Below, in pieces: positions 39,470 to 51,865 of a stretch of 64,000 nucleotides of DNA; the first letter of the stretch is position 1, and each line of letters begins with the position of its first letter. The stretch lies in NCBI GenBank assembly GCA_051313645.2, contig JBNRSN020000006.1, positions 175,894,001 to 175,958,000 of the forward strand, read 5' to 3'. Source of the DNA: Centroscyllium fabricii (Eukaryota). The translations under genes and the position numbers were made by a program. The notes beneath the pieces are model-generated. The model ran no database searches, was not told the origin of the DNA, and saw nothing but the letters and a program-made list of their open reading frames with translations.

Positions 39470-39556
39470 TTACCTGACTAAAAGGGGCAAAAGCTCCGAA
39501 AGCTTGTAATTTAAAATAAAACCGTTGGACTTTGAAACTGGTGGTGTGTGACTTTT
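39470..39556 (+). mobile_element. Penelope-type repeat fragment with degenerate hammerhead (39470-39509)
   Basis: UUAC-CUGACUAAAA-GGGGC(AAAA)GCUCC-GAAA-GC-UU-GUAA, then TTTAAAATAAAACCGTTGGAC as in 56034-56054. Confidence 0.7.
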
Positions 39557-39847
39557 TTGATAAATTGAGACAGTATTAATTTGAAAGTTATGTTTATTGC
39601 GATAAATAAAGTGTTAAGCAAAAAAAGGAAACCAGGAATAAAACAACATTTAAACAGCAAACAAGGATTATTTTTTGTAAAAAAATTTAAAACTCACATG
39701 TAACAACATATTTTTAGAACTAATATTAAAACAACAATTTTATAAAACTCACATGTAACAACAAATTTTAAGAACTATTATTAAAACACCAAATTTTTAA
39801 AACTCAGAACAACAACTTTTTGGAACTAACATTTAACAAATTTTAAT

Positions 39848-41335
39848 TCAGACCTCAAACTCGGTCACATCACTGCTAAAATCAGAGAGGCTGACAACTA
39901 CATCCTCCACTAGTGCACCCGTGTCTGGCTGTTGGCTTTCTGCTGCTGGACTGACGTTCCTGACCGTGGCGGCTTCACTGTGCCCGGAGGTTCCTGCCTG
40001 CTGATACATCCACGGCGTTTCCACTGGCTGCCAAGAAGGATGAACCACAGGCCTTGGCTGCCACTGCGACTGCTGCAACGGCCACTGGCCTTGCTGCTGG
40101 TAGGGTTGATTCCATGGAGGAGGAGGAGGAGGAGGATACATGGGCAGGGTGGATGAGCTGAATGGTCTCTGCCGATAGCCAGCTGGTTCTGGTGGAGGTA
40201 CTCCTAGCGATGCTGCCTGTTTGGAATGCTGCATATCATCCATCTCCTTATCTGTGCTCGAGATGATCTGCCACATTTTGTCCCTCACCTCAATGTACCT
40301 AGCGGTGGACAATCGCTGAAAGGCATGCCCCATATATTCGGCGTACTTGAGGCGCTCCGGAAAGGGAACAGCATGAAGAGGGTGCGATTTAAGGATATCC
40401 AGCAGCTCCATCTGCCTCTCCCTTGACTTGCGAATATCCCCTGCAATGTCCTCCTCTTCCTCCGTTGCTGCCACTCTCCCCTTTCCTCCTCTGCAGCTGC
40501 AGCAGCTGGCGGTGGTGATGCAGGAGGATAGTGTGATGGGGAACGGTGGCGTGGTGACATTAGCCTCCTGCAGGTCCACCTCATGATCCCTGTTCTCTGG
40601 ATCTCCAGGAGCCGGCTGTGTGGTAGGAGGCTTGAGGCTCTGCACGTTCCGCCTGATGACCTTGCTGATGTGCGGCACCAGGAACTGGAAGCGTTTCCAG
40701 ATCCACTCCTGCCTCTCTGTCAGCTCCATCGTTCCCTGGCCACTCTTTGTAATCCTCATCTTCCCCACCTGCGTCCGCATGCTCTCAAAAAAAGTGGTCA
40801 GTGCCTTGACCTGCTTGCCCATCCTGTTGGCCAGGTCCTCCCACGCCTTGTTTTTCCGGGCAGCGAAGCAGTGGTCCTCACGCCTCTTGTTAAAAATGAA
40901 GTCATGGGCTTCCAGAAAGAGGGCCACCTAGAATAAAATTAATATAGTTGTATACAAAATCAAATTGACGATAGTGATTATTAATAAAGGATTATCAGTT
41001 ATAAATATATCAGTTACCTCCTCCTGTTCTTCTGAACTCAGGTTGGACTGGAGCCTCGCCTTCTTTGGCTTTGTCCCCAGGGACACAGGGGATGGAGGAG
41101 CTTCCACCTCGGCAGCATGGTCAGCCTCGTTCTCGACCACGCCCGGCTGGTCTTCAAACTCCAGCGGGCGCTCCTCCTCTGTCGAGGGGAGATCTGGTTC
41201 GGCCACATGTGGTGGAGTGATGTGTGGAGGTACAGCTGCTTCCCTCGGGCTGTCCTCAATCAGCTCTGGGGCGAGCTTGGTGGCTTTGCCGCGTCCCTTG
41301 GCCTTGCCAGATTGTCCTGCTCTCCTCCTGTTCAT
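39848..41335 (-). CDS. MADF/Myb-like DNA-binding partner, 2 exons (41335-41018, 40927-39848), 465 aa
   Basis: Phase-0, 90-bp AT-rich intron GAG|GTAACT...TTCTAG|GTG joins two ORFs in frame. FLEAHDFIFNKRREDH..KNKAWEDLA..FFESMRTQVGK resembles a MADF domain. Confidence 0.85.
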
Positions 41336-41932
41336 TTTTCTAAAGTGAAATGCATCCCTCAGTGACCTCTGACCTGGTCAATTTGCCGCGGAAACGCTCG
41401 AATGTAGAAGAAGCGAGTGCGATGCAGCTACGAAGGATTAGAATGGTTCCCGAGGTTGGAACTTCGGTGGAAAGTTTTTGACAAGCAAAAACTTTCCTGC
41501 AGGTTAGAGGAACTCACGCGAAATGTACGAATATTTAGGAATCAACTAAGATTCATTTAAGAACTGCAAGAAACCGGGCAATTTTTGCAATCGGGACCAT
41601 TCTGGATATTCCTGGCGCCAGTGAAAGCGGGGCATATAGCTGTACATAACTTCCATGCATATAATTCTCTGTAACTATATATGTAACTTACTTATGCACG
41701 GGGCGTGGCCCCTTTAAGAGCGCAGGAAACGCGGACCCACGTGATGACATGCGGTGATGTCATCACATTGGGCGCGGGCTTGTTCAGCCAGTGTGATCAA
41801 CGACTTGATAGAGTAAAGACCTGTTTTGTTACTGTTCCTTCGTGTGGACTCCGTTTCTTCAGCTAGAAATAATTAGATTCCTACATTGGTGACCCCGAGT
41901 TGGTGAACGTATTCACCAGCTTTCACAACATT

Positions 41933-44900
41933 ATGGCAGCAAATGCTGTGGCCCTGAAGCTGCCTCCATTCTGGGAGCAACAGGCGCCCCCGTGGTTCAT
42001 ACACGTCAAGGCCCAATTCACCCTGCGGGACATCGCGGAGGACAACACCAAGTTTCTGTACGTTGTCTCTCCCTCGACAGTACTACAGCCTCCCGGGTCG
42101 TCAGCCTCCTCGAAAGTCCACTGGTTAACAGCAAGTATGACGCTTTAAAAGCTAGACTACTGCAGGTCTTTGGCCTCTCCAAGGACAAGCGAGCCCGTTG
42201 ACTGCTCATGTTGCCTGGCCTCGGGAACTCAACACGCTCCCAATTGATGAGCCAAATGCTCACACTGCTCGGATCAGAAGCTGAATGCTTTCTCTTCAGG
42301 GCGCTGTTCCTAAGCCAGTTACCGAAGCAGGTTCAGGCTGCCCTCGCAGGTTCATCGATCACCGACTGCGCCGAACTCGCGGCCGAAGCTGATAATTTTT
42401 TTTGCCGTTACCAGACACAGTTGCGCCGCTGCGGACAACACCCTAGCTCGCCAGGCTGCAGGGCTCTTTCTACCATGCGAGGTTCGGCATGAAAGCACAA
42501 CGCTGCCGCCCTCCCTGCACGTTCTCCTAAAAAAAAAACCAACTGAGCTCGCGGCCACGGCGGACCACTTCTAGCCGTCCTTCCGAAGCAGCAATGGCAG
42601 TCGGTTTGGCAGGGAAACTCCTCTTTATAACGGACTCCCTTTCGGGTCGGCGATTCCTCTGCGACACCGGCACACAGTGCAGCATTCTGCCTGCGTCTAC
42701 CCTTGACATCCAGGCTGGACAGCACGGACCACCCCTCGAGGCAGCAAATGGCGCCACGATCCACACCTTTGGCAAGCGGTGGGTGGAAGTTTGTTTCGAC
42801 GGGCAATGCTTCCACTGGGATTTCGTCACAGCTACGGTTTCCCAGCCTTTTCTCGGTGCGGATTTCCTATGTGCCCACGGCCTCCTTGTAAACGTCCACG
42901 ATCGGTGGCTCATTAATGTGGCCACTTTCCACTCGCTGCTGTGTCAGCGCAGCAGCACGACGGCACGCACTGTCTCGTGTGCATTTCTTGCGCCCGACGA
43001 ATATTCTCGCCTACTGGGCGAATTCCCCGGCCCCTCTCAGCCCACCTTCTCATCTGCATCAGCCAAGCATGGCGTGGAGCACCAACGCCCCCCCCGGTCT
43101 ACGCGCGGGCTCGGCGTCTGGAACCTGGCAAGATGGCGGTGGCGAAGGTAGAGTTTGCCACGATGGAGCGGCTGGGGATTATTCGCAGGTCGAACAGTCC
43201 CTGGTCCTCGCCTCTACACATCATCCCGAAACCTGGCGGCGGATGGCTGCCCTGCGGTGACTACTGTCGACTGAACGATGCCACCACACCGGATCGTTAC
43301 CCAATCGTACATATACAGAATTTCTCCGCGCACTTGGCAGGCAACACCATATTTTTGAAGGTAGACCTAGTCCAGGCTACCACCAAGTTCCCGTGCACCC
43401 GAAGGATATTCAGAAGACTGTGGTCAGTTTGGCCTCTTCGAATTTCTTAAGATGCCCTTCGGTCTGAAGAATGCTGCCCAAGCATTCCAGCGCTTGATGG
43501 ACTCCGTGCTTCGGGATCTTAAATTCATCTTTGTCTATCTCGACGACATCTTGGTGGCCAGCTCGAACAAATTGGAGCATCTTACGCACCTGTGTGACCT
43601 GTTTCAGTACCTGAACCAGCACGGGCTCATCGTCAACCCGGCCAAATGCCAGTTTGGCTTGAGCCAGATTGATTTCCTCGGCCATCGCATCTCGGCTGAA
43701 GGAGCAGTCCCCCTACCGGCTAAGGTGCAAGCGGTGTCAGCCTTCCCTCGCCCCCAGTCGGTCAAGTCCATGCAAGAATTTCTCGCCGTGGTGAACTTCT
43801 ACCACAGGTTCGTGCCGAAAGTAGCACTCCTCATGCGGCCCCTCTATGAGGCTATCAAAGGCAAGTCCGGAAAAACCCGGTTCAATGGACAGCTGAAATA
43901 TCCCTGGCTTTCGACAACACGAAGCTCGCATTGGCCAATGCCACCATGCTAGCACACCCCCTCTGCCTGGTGCCACCATAGCCCTCACGACCGACGCGTC
44001 CGACTATGGCATCGGGGCGCTCCAACAACAATGGGTCGATGGCACATGGCAACCCCTGGCGTTCTTCAGCTTGCAGTTCTGGAAAAATGAGAGGGCTTAC
44101 AGTACCTCTGACCGGGAGTTGTTCACCCTGTTCTTAGCGATCAGGCACTTTCGCTTCCTCCTGAAAGGTCGTCCCTTTATGGCATTTGTAGACCACAAGC
44201 CACTGACGTTCGCAATGTCCAAGACTGCGAACCGTGGTCCGTGTGGCAGCAGCATCAACTCACATTCATCTTGACGTCCATTTTCATGCGGCAGGTACCA
44301 CCTTGCTCTGTGACGTCTCCATCAAAGACCCTCGGCCCATCGTTCCAGCCATTTGGCGGTGCCGGGTTTTCGACGCGGTTCACGGGCTTTCACACCTGGC
44401 ATGAAAGCCTCCCAAAAACTGATGGCAGTGAAGTTTGTTTGGCACAGTATCCACAAAGATGTCCGGGAATGGGTGAACACCTGTTTGGTCTGCCAAAAAT
44501 CCAAGACACACCGACACATCAAGGCACCTCTCGCACCTTTCACAGTACCAGAACGCAGATTCGACCACGTCCACATGGACTTAGTAGGCCCCTTCCACCA
44601 TCTCATGGCTACTCTCATATTTTGACGATGGTGGACCGCACTACAAGATGGCCAGAGGCAATTCCACTTGCCTCCACCACCGCAGCGGACGTGGCCAGAG
44701 CATTTCTCGCAACATGGGTTGCCAGGTCCGGCGTCCCTGCCGACATCTCATCGGACAGAGGCCCGCAATTTACCCCTCAGCTCTGGAACGCGGTTGCCCA
44801 GGGGCTCGGCACCAAGCTTCACCGGACCACCGCTTATCATCTGCAGGCAGATGGTCTCTGCGAAAGAGATCACCGTTCGATGAAGGCCGCATTGAGGGCC

Positions 44901-45530
44901 AGTCTCCAAGGCGCCGGCTGGGTAGATAAGCTGGCGTGGGTCCTGCTGGGACTCCGCACTGCTCCTAAAGAGGATTTGCACTCCTCCTCCGCAGAATTAG
45001 TCTACGGTCAACCTCTCAGGGTTCCAGGTGACTTTATTCCTACAGCCACCGAGTCCTGGTCTGCCTCCGCACAACTGGCACAACATCAGGAAGCCGCCAG
45101 ATGTTTCTGCCCGGTCCCCACTTCGCAACATGGCTTTCAACGCTCTCACGTGCCCAAGGAGCGTCACGACGCCGAGTGTGTTTTTGTTCAGCAACATGCC
45201 CACAGAGATCCCCTCCAGGCCCCGTATACTGGGCCTTTCCATGTGTTAGAGGCAGGTATGAAATCTTTCACCCTCGACATGGGAGGCAAAGCCAACCACA
45301 TCTCTGTGGATCGCCTCAAACCGGCGCATCTAGATCCTGACTCCCCGGCGCAGCCACCGACGCGTGGAAGACCTCCTGCCGGCACCCTCCCTGAAATACT
45401 GCAGCCGCCCGCCAGTCCGCCCTCCTGCCAGCCCGCCAATCCGCTAGCCATACCGCAGCCTCCGCCGTCTAGATACTAAAGTCGTTCTGGCCGTCTCGTC
45501 AAGCCACCCGTGCGTTTGACTCTCTCTGTT
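41933..45530 (+). pseudogene. Degenerate gag-pol of the CsRn1-type element
   Basis: MAANAVALKLPPFW (Gag), FLCDTG (PR), MPFGLKNA..YLDD (RT), DRTTRWPEA..SDRG (IN). Many frameshifts. Confidence 0.9.
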
Positions 45531-45551
45531 AAGGAGAATTCTGGGGGCGCA

Positions 45552-45808
45552 TGTGGCAGTTCTACATCCCATTGTGTGTAGCTGTATATAACTTCCATGT
45601 ATATAATTCTCTAACTGTGTATGTAACTTACTTATGCACGTGGCGTGGCCCCTTTAAGAGCGCGGGAAACGCAGACCCACATGATGACACACACTGACAT
45701 CACGTTGTTTAGCCAGTATGATCAACGACTTGATAGAGTAAAGCCCTGTTGTTACTGTTCCTTCATGTGGACTCCGTTTCTTCAGCTAGGAATACTTAGA
45801 TTCCTACA
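45552..45808 (+). repeat. 3' LTR
   Basis: TGTGGCAG...TTCCTACA, a diverged copy of the split 5' LTR. Confidence 0.9.
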
Positions 45809-45896
45809 AAATGTCTATTATACTACTGCTTTCGTGTCAATGTAAAGTGATTTTGGATGCATATTGTTGCAAGAGTTGTGGCATTACTAGGGAGTC

Positions 45897-47740
45897 GTGA
45901 GGCAATCTGAGGCATTAGCGGGAAGGATAAAGGAGAACCCTAAGGCTTTCTATGCATACGTAAGAAATAAAAGGATGACTAGGATAAGAGTAGGGCCGAT
46001 CAAAGACGGTAAGGGAGAAATGTGCACGGAGTCAGAGGAAATTGGGGAAGCATTAAATGAATATTTTGCGTCCGTGTTCACAAGGGAGAGGGGACAAAAA
46101 GTAGAGGAGGAGAGCAAGATACAAGGGGAAAGGATGGGGGAAGTGAATATTCAGAGGGAGGAGGTATTAGATATCTTGGAGAAACTGAAGGTAGACAAAT
46201 TCCTGGGCAAGATGGAATATATCCAAGGATTCTTTGGGAAGCGAGGAACGAAATAGCAGAACCCCTGACCTCTGTCTTTAGATCCTCGCTATCCTCGGGG
46301 ATAGTGCCTGAGGATTGGAGAGAGGCGAATGTGGTTCCCATATTCAAAAAGGGGAGCAGGGATGAGCCAGGGAACTACAGACCAGTCAGCCTTACCTCGG
46401 TGGTCGGAAAGGTGATGGAAAGGGTCCTGAGGGACAGGATCTACGACCATCTAGAAAGGGGCAAAATAATCAGGAGCAGTCAGCACGGATTCGTTAAGGG
46501 CAAATCGTGCCTGACCAACCTGATAGAATTCTTTGAGGAGGTGACCAAGTGTGTGGACGAGGGAAAGGCGGTTGATGTCATATATATGGACTTCAGCAAG
46601 GTGTTCGACAAGGTCCCGCACGGTCGACTCATGAAGAAAGTAAGGAGTTGCGGGGTAAACAAAGAGGTAGTGGGATGGATAGAGAACTGGCTGGCTCAGA
46701 GAAAGCAGAGGGTAGTGATAGAGGGCCAATACTCGGGTTGGAGACCAGTCACCAGTGGGGTGCCACAGGGGTCGGTGTTGGGGCCACTACCATTCGTGAT
46801 CTTTATCAATGACCTGGAGGAGGGGACTGAGGGGTGGGTCAGCAAATTTGCAGATGACACAAAGATTGGGGGAGTAGTGGACGAGGAGGAAGGATGTAGA
46901 AGGCTTCAGAGGGATATAGATAGGATGCAGAGCTGGGCTGAAGAATGGCAAATGGAGTTCAACACGGGGAAATACGAGGTGATACACTTCGGTAGGGCAA
47001 ATAGGAATAGAGAATATAGGGTCAACGGCAGGGTCCTGAGCGAAGCAGAGGAGCAAAGAGATCTGGGAGTATATGTGCACAGATCATTGAAGGCTACCAC
47101 CCAGGTAGATAAGGCAGTAAAAAAGGTCTATGGTGTATTGGCTTTCATCAACGGGATTAGAGTTTAAGAACCGGGAGGTCATGCTACAGCTGTACAGGTC
47201 ACTGGTGAGACCACACTTGGAGTACTGTGTGCAGTTCTGGGCACCGTACTACAGGAGGGAGGTGGAGGCGTTGGAAAGGGTACAGAGGAGATTCACCAGG
47301 ATGCTGCCGGGAATTGGGGGAAAGTCGTATGAGGAGAGGTTGAGGGAGCTGGGACTCTTCTCCCTGGAGCGGAGAAGGAAGAGGGGGGACTTAATAGAGG
47401 TGTTTAAGATGATGAAGGGGATCGATAGAGTAAACGTGCAGAGACTGTTTCCCCGGATGGGAAGAACGACAACAAGAGGGCACGAACACAAGATTCAAGG
47501 AGGAAGATTCAGAAGGGATGGCAGGGGCAAGTTCTTTACACAGAGAGTGGTCGGGGAGTGGAATAGGCTACCATCTGAAATAGTGGATGCGGACAGTCAA
47601 GGAGCTTTTAAAAGAATGATAGATAGGTACATGGAGGGGAATGAAGCGTAGGGGGGACAGGAAAAATCAGAGACGGACTAAGCGTGGCACTACATTGAGG
47701 GCCCAAGGGCCTGTACCATGCTGTATATTCTATGTTCTAT
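45897..47740 (+). mobile_element. CR1 LINE, 5'-truncated, purine-rich family
   Basis: ORF2 pieces 45897-46256, 46304-47167 (FADDTK intact) and 47130-47651, separated by frameshifts. Tail TTCTATGTTCTATG. Confidence 0.92.
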
Positions 47741-47787
47741 GACTCTCAAGCACTCTAAGACCTAGAAGTGAGACCACCTCTAACACA

Positions 47788-48114
47788 TGGTATTGTGGGG
47801 AACCAAAGGTTTCCCACTTTTAAATAATAAAGAATTGGAGGGAAACAGTGGAGCAAACTTCAACACGTCTTTATTCGTCAACATCTACAGAGAACTAACT
47901 GCTAAAGGCGCCAAACAGCAGGAAACCATGTAACCCATGAGTGGCAGTGCTATGGCCCTATTAGGTTCCGTGCCCGTTGATTCTATGGACCAATGTGGCA
48001 GCGGGGGCGGGACCAACCTACCAAAAGGGGATTCTGTCTTTAAAGGGAGGTCGGCTGTCCTTGGCCACTGCCTTAAAGGGAGACAGGCGTGCCTCCCTGG
48101 GTAGCTACGCTACA
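47788..48114 (-). mobile_element. Possible LTR remnant
   Basis: TG..CA ends, AATAAA on the minus strand, GC box, followed by a PBS-like TGTGTTAGAGGTGG. No TSD or partner found. Confidence 0.35.
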
Positions 48115-48776
48115 CAATCACACTGTCTGGGCTTTGTAGCATGTGTAATTTAATTCCAGTCCTGTATAAAGCCACGTTTTCTTAAAAATGCTCAGATGCA
48201 GTTAGAATCTTTAAAAAAAAATTGATACTGTATCTTTTAAATAGAAAAAGGTGATTGCTGTTGCCCATTCTATTACAACATTGAAAATTAGTCGGTCGGA
48301 GAGTGGAGCTCAACATACACGCAGCTCCTTCGTTGTTAAGCTGAGATTGGAGCGCAGCCGGCAACATAACTTGGGTCTGCCAAATGCAGTCTAAGGCCAG
48401 CATCTATAGTATAATGGCACCCATAAACTTCTCCTCCGGGTTGGTGATACTTAGGCAAGTAGCTTTAGGAATGCTTTGTGTTGACATTGCCATGTGGGTG
48501 TTTGCATACAAATGCCTTGGTGCATTTGTATGAAATTCCTTTATTAACAAAGGTGTTGTGAACCTGTTTATTTTAATTGACTTAATGCCTTGTTAAAATA
48601 ACCGAGGAATTGAGCACTATGCAGTAATGTTGCACAGAGCCCATTTGTATATTAGATTATGTCTAAATGTGGTGAGCTAAAATGCTTTTGTCTTGAATAA
48701 AGATACTAATTCTATTATAGTACAAGATGCAGAAGTGGCTGGGGGAATAGCTTGTTATTTTAGAAATCCATGGTAA

Positions 48777-49476
48777 AGCCCCGCTTTCACTGGAGGCTAC
48801 GAATTCCCGATTTCTCCCGAATCTGAAATTTGTCCGATTCGTGGGTAATTCTTGCAATTCGTAAACGATTCGTGGTTGATTCGTTGCTGATTCGTGGTTG
48901 ATTCGTAGAGGATTCGTAGAGTTCGCGTAAGTTCGCGTGATTTCTTTGATTTTTCAAGAAAGTTTTTGTTTGTCAAAAAATTTCGTGGGAGGGTTAACGA
49001 ATGTCCAATTCGTGATAGATTCCTAAACAATTCGTGACCCTTTCTTATCGTTCTTAACCCTTTCTTATCCTTCTTAACCGTTTCTTAATCGCTTCTTCTG
49101 CATTCTTGTCTATTCTTGGGCATTCTTGACTCCCTCAAATTCGTGGACCCACGCCGAATACATCACGAAACAGGCACGAATGTCCACGAATCAGGTACGA
49201 ATCAAGTACGAATCGGTCGTAGTGGATTCGTACAGTAATTCGGCACATTCGTAAGTGAGTTCGTTAAATTCTTACCTGATTCTTTGAATTCGTACTTGTT
49301 TCTTAAACCATTCTTGACATTCGGCACGAATAATTCGTAATCAATTCGTAGTGGATTCGTAGCTCTTCCCGAATCCACCACGAATTTTCACATTTTTTTG
49401 CCGAATCGCCACGAATTTCGATACGTGACGATTCTTGATATTCTTGATATTCTTAGCCTCCAGTGAAAGCGGGGCT
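48777..49476. mobile_element. Harbinger MITE related to 37574-41634 and 17174-17839
   Basis: TIRs AGCCCCGCTTTCACTGGAGGCTA. 49265-49327 matches the reverse complement of 37743-37800. No clean TSD. Confidence 0.88.
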
Positions 49477-51865
49477 TTCTGTGATAAAGATAAAAGAATA
49501 TACAGCAGAGCAGAATAATGTTAACTGATGCAGGGAACAATTTAAAGGAATAGCATCTTCAAACTTCTTGTACAAAATAGAATCACAATTTGGGTGTAGA
49601 AATGGTGATGATCAGAAAACCAAAAGATTAATGAATAAACCTACTGTTTGACCAAAGGTTAGAGAAGAATTCATTGGTTGTCACCATGACTAAAGCCAAA
49701 GACTGAGGGCTTTATTGGATAGGTCAAGAGTTATTGCTTTGGGGAAACGTCTGCCCTTTAGCATCATAGTCAAGCAGTGCAAAGAATTGTTGCTCTCTGG
49801 TTGTTCACACTGAGCACTATTGCCATCTGAAGGTACATTGACTGTAATAATAAAAACTATTTTATGACATGTAAGTATGTTAACCAGTTTCATTCAATAT
49901 TGTAGCTTAAGGGCTTTAAATCATTCTGTGATTTGAATAGAGTACCTGTACTTGTTTCTTTTACTTTTGGAACTCTTTCTGGACAGAAATTTATGGTTTT
50001 GTTGCTGTTACTATATGCAAGGCATTTATTATCAAATGTAAACTTTCTTTCACTGTTGTCAGTTCCATATTAATACTGTACTGAGAAGTGTTTTAAGTGT
50101 AACATCGATGCTTGGTGTTCATACCAAATTAAACCTACAGTGATGGATCATCCAGAATATGCCTTAAGGGTTTAAAAGTGCAAAGACCAATTTAACTTGT
50201 TTAACAAAGCTGGGGCATGAATGCAGTGAATGATTGTTGCTATCAAGCATCTGTTACTCTTTAAAGAACCTTGTAATGTATTTTGAATAGATTACTGTGC
50301 TTGTGAATAAACTTCCATTCATCAATTGATCAAGGCAGTTTTTCCTGCCTCCTCCCCATTGCCGTAACTGTTCCACCTCCCTACTCCGACCCGAAGTACA
50401 CTGCTCCTGTCCAGCATGGCAGCATTGTTATTTCCTGGCCTGGACCTTCAACATGGCTTTGGCACACTCCTTGCAGGGTCCAACACCAATGGAAGTGACA
50501 GGAAAGTGAGTCACAGTTGCAGGCCTCTTGCAGTTGTGTGTCAGGCCTCGGAGATCACGATCAGCAGCTAGAACACACTAATTACACCTCAACATCATGG
50601 AGTCGGGGGGTGGGGGATGGCGGGGGGGGGGGGGGGGGTGGCGGTGGGGGAGGACTCATTTTAATTTTTTTTAATTCTCACCTCCAGTTTTCAGCCTACC
50701 CCTGGGAACCTAGCCTCAATGCCATATATCTTTGGTCATTCAGTAAGTGATTAATCTGGAAAAATGAGGCCGAAGGCCGGAAATGCCCTTTCCTGCCTTA
50801 TTTAAATTACTTTAAATGATCTGTATCCATTGCAGCCAAAGACCTAGCTCCACTTCTACCCTCTGGGCAAAGATCAGGAATATCAGCCCTATTATCTTTT
50901 ACTTATCAAGGATATTTCCCTTAAATTTATACATTTGTGGGTCTATTGGCCTTTTTCTTGTCCTAAGTACATAAACATATAGATGGGGAATTTCATTTTG
51001 AGCAATGCTTAGAACCTCCTTCCCAAGGCTCCAATTGAAAGAAAGAAAGCTAGCTCCTCAACACTGCACTGAAGTCACAGCCTGGATTATGTGCTTACGT
51101 CTCACGAATGGAGCTTGAACCTTTTGACTCAGAAGCAAGAGGGCGACCACTTAGTCAAATGCTACCAAAAGACTGTTAGGCCCATAAAGCTCACTGCCTC
51201 ATATGATCTCTTATCTAACCTACCATTCAACTACATGGGAATGTTCTTTATGTTTTTGCCTGTGAGGTTATTTCAAATATTTATCACCTGATGTAATAAC
51301 AATGGATCCAAAAATCCTTGGACTTGCTCAGTGGTGGAAATGTGTGGGGGAATTTTCATGTCCCCGTCAGGAGGGGTTTTGGGCAGGCAGGAGGTGAAAA
51401 TTAGAACATTTTGGTTCCCGCCCATTCCCCGCCGGATTTGAATTTTTGGGTGGCCTTTTTTCCCGCCCCGAATCTTTCCCGCCGGCGCCCGGCAGGGATG
51501 CTTGTTAAGGTCATTAAGGGCCCTTAATTGGCATCTGTAATCCCATTTTAAGGGCACTTAGCAATTTTCAGGTGTTACACGCACAAAACCCGCCATGCTA
51601 AACCCCGTCAGGTGAAACCCTTGTGTGAACTCAGTGGGACTGCTGAGTATCTGTGTCCGGTCACTCAATGAAGGCTCACATTTAATCAGCCATCATTCGC
51701 TTCCGCAAACACATTGTTGCCTCAGTCCTGGGGATACTTGCAACAGGCTTCAGCACACCTGTGGAAGGTTGCATCCTCAAACACTTACGCAGTGTGACCT
51801 GGGAAAGCCCTCTCACTTCCCCCCACTCACTCAGTGCTTCCTCAGCCGAGGCTGCCAGCACAGCC

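Larger units (their letters stand above)
37574..41634 (+). mobile_element. Autonomous Harbinger-superfamily transposon (transposase + MADF gene)
   Basis: TIRs T(A/G)CCCCGCTTTCACT / AGTGAAAGCGGGGCA. TSD TAT (37571-37573, 41635-41637). Two convergent genes with open frames. Confidence 0.93.
37546..45808 (+). mobile_element. Gypsy LTR retrotransposon, CsRn1-type, degenerate; 5' LTR split by a Harbinger insertion
   Basis: 5' LTR = 37546-37573 + 41635-41885. 3' LTR = 45552-45808. PBS TGGTGACCCCGA at 41887-41898. PPT TTCTGGGGGCGCA. Flanks ACAT/AAAT. Confidence 0.9.
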
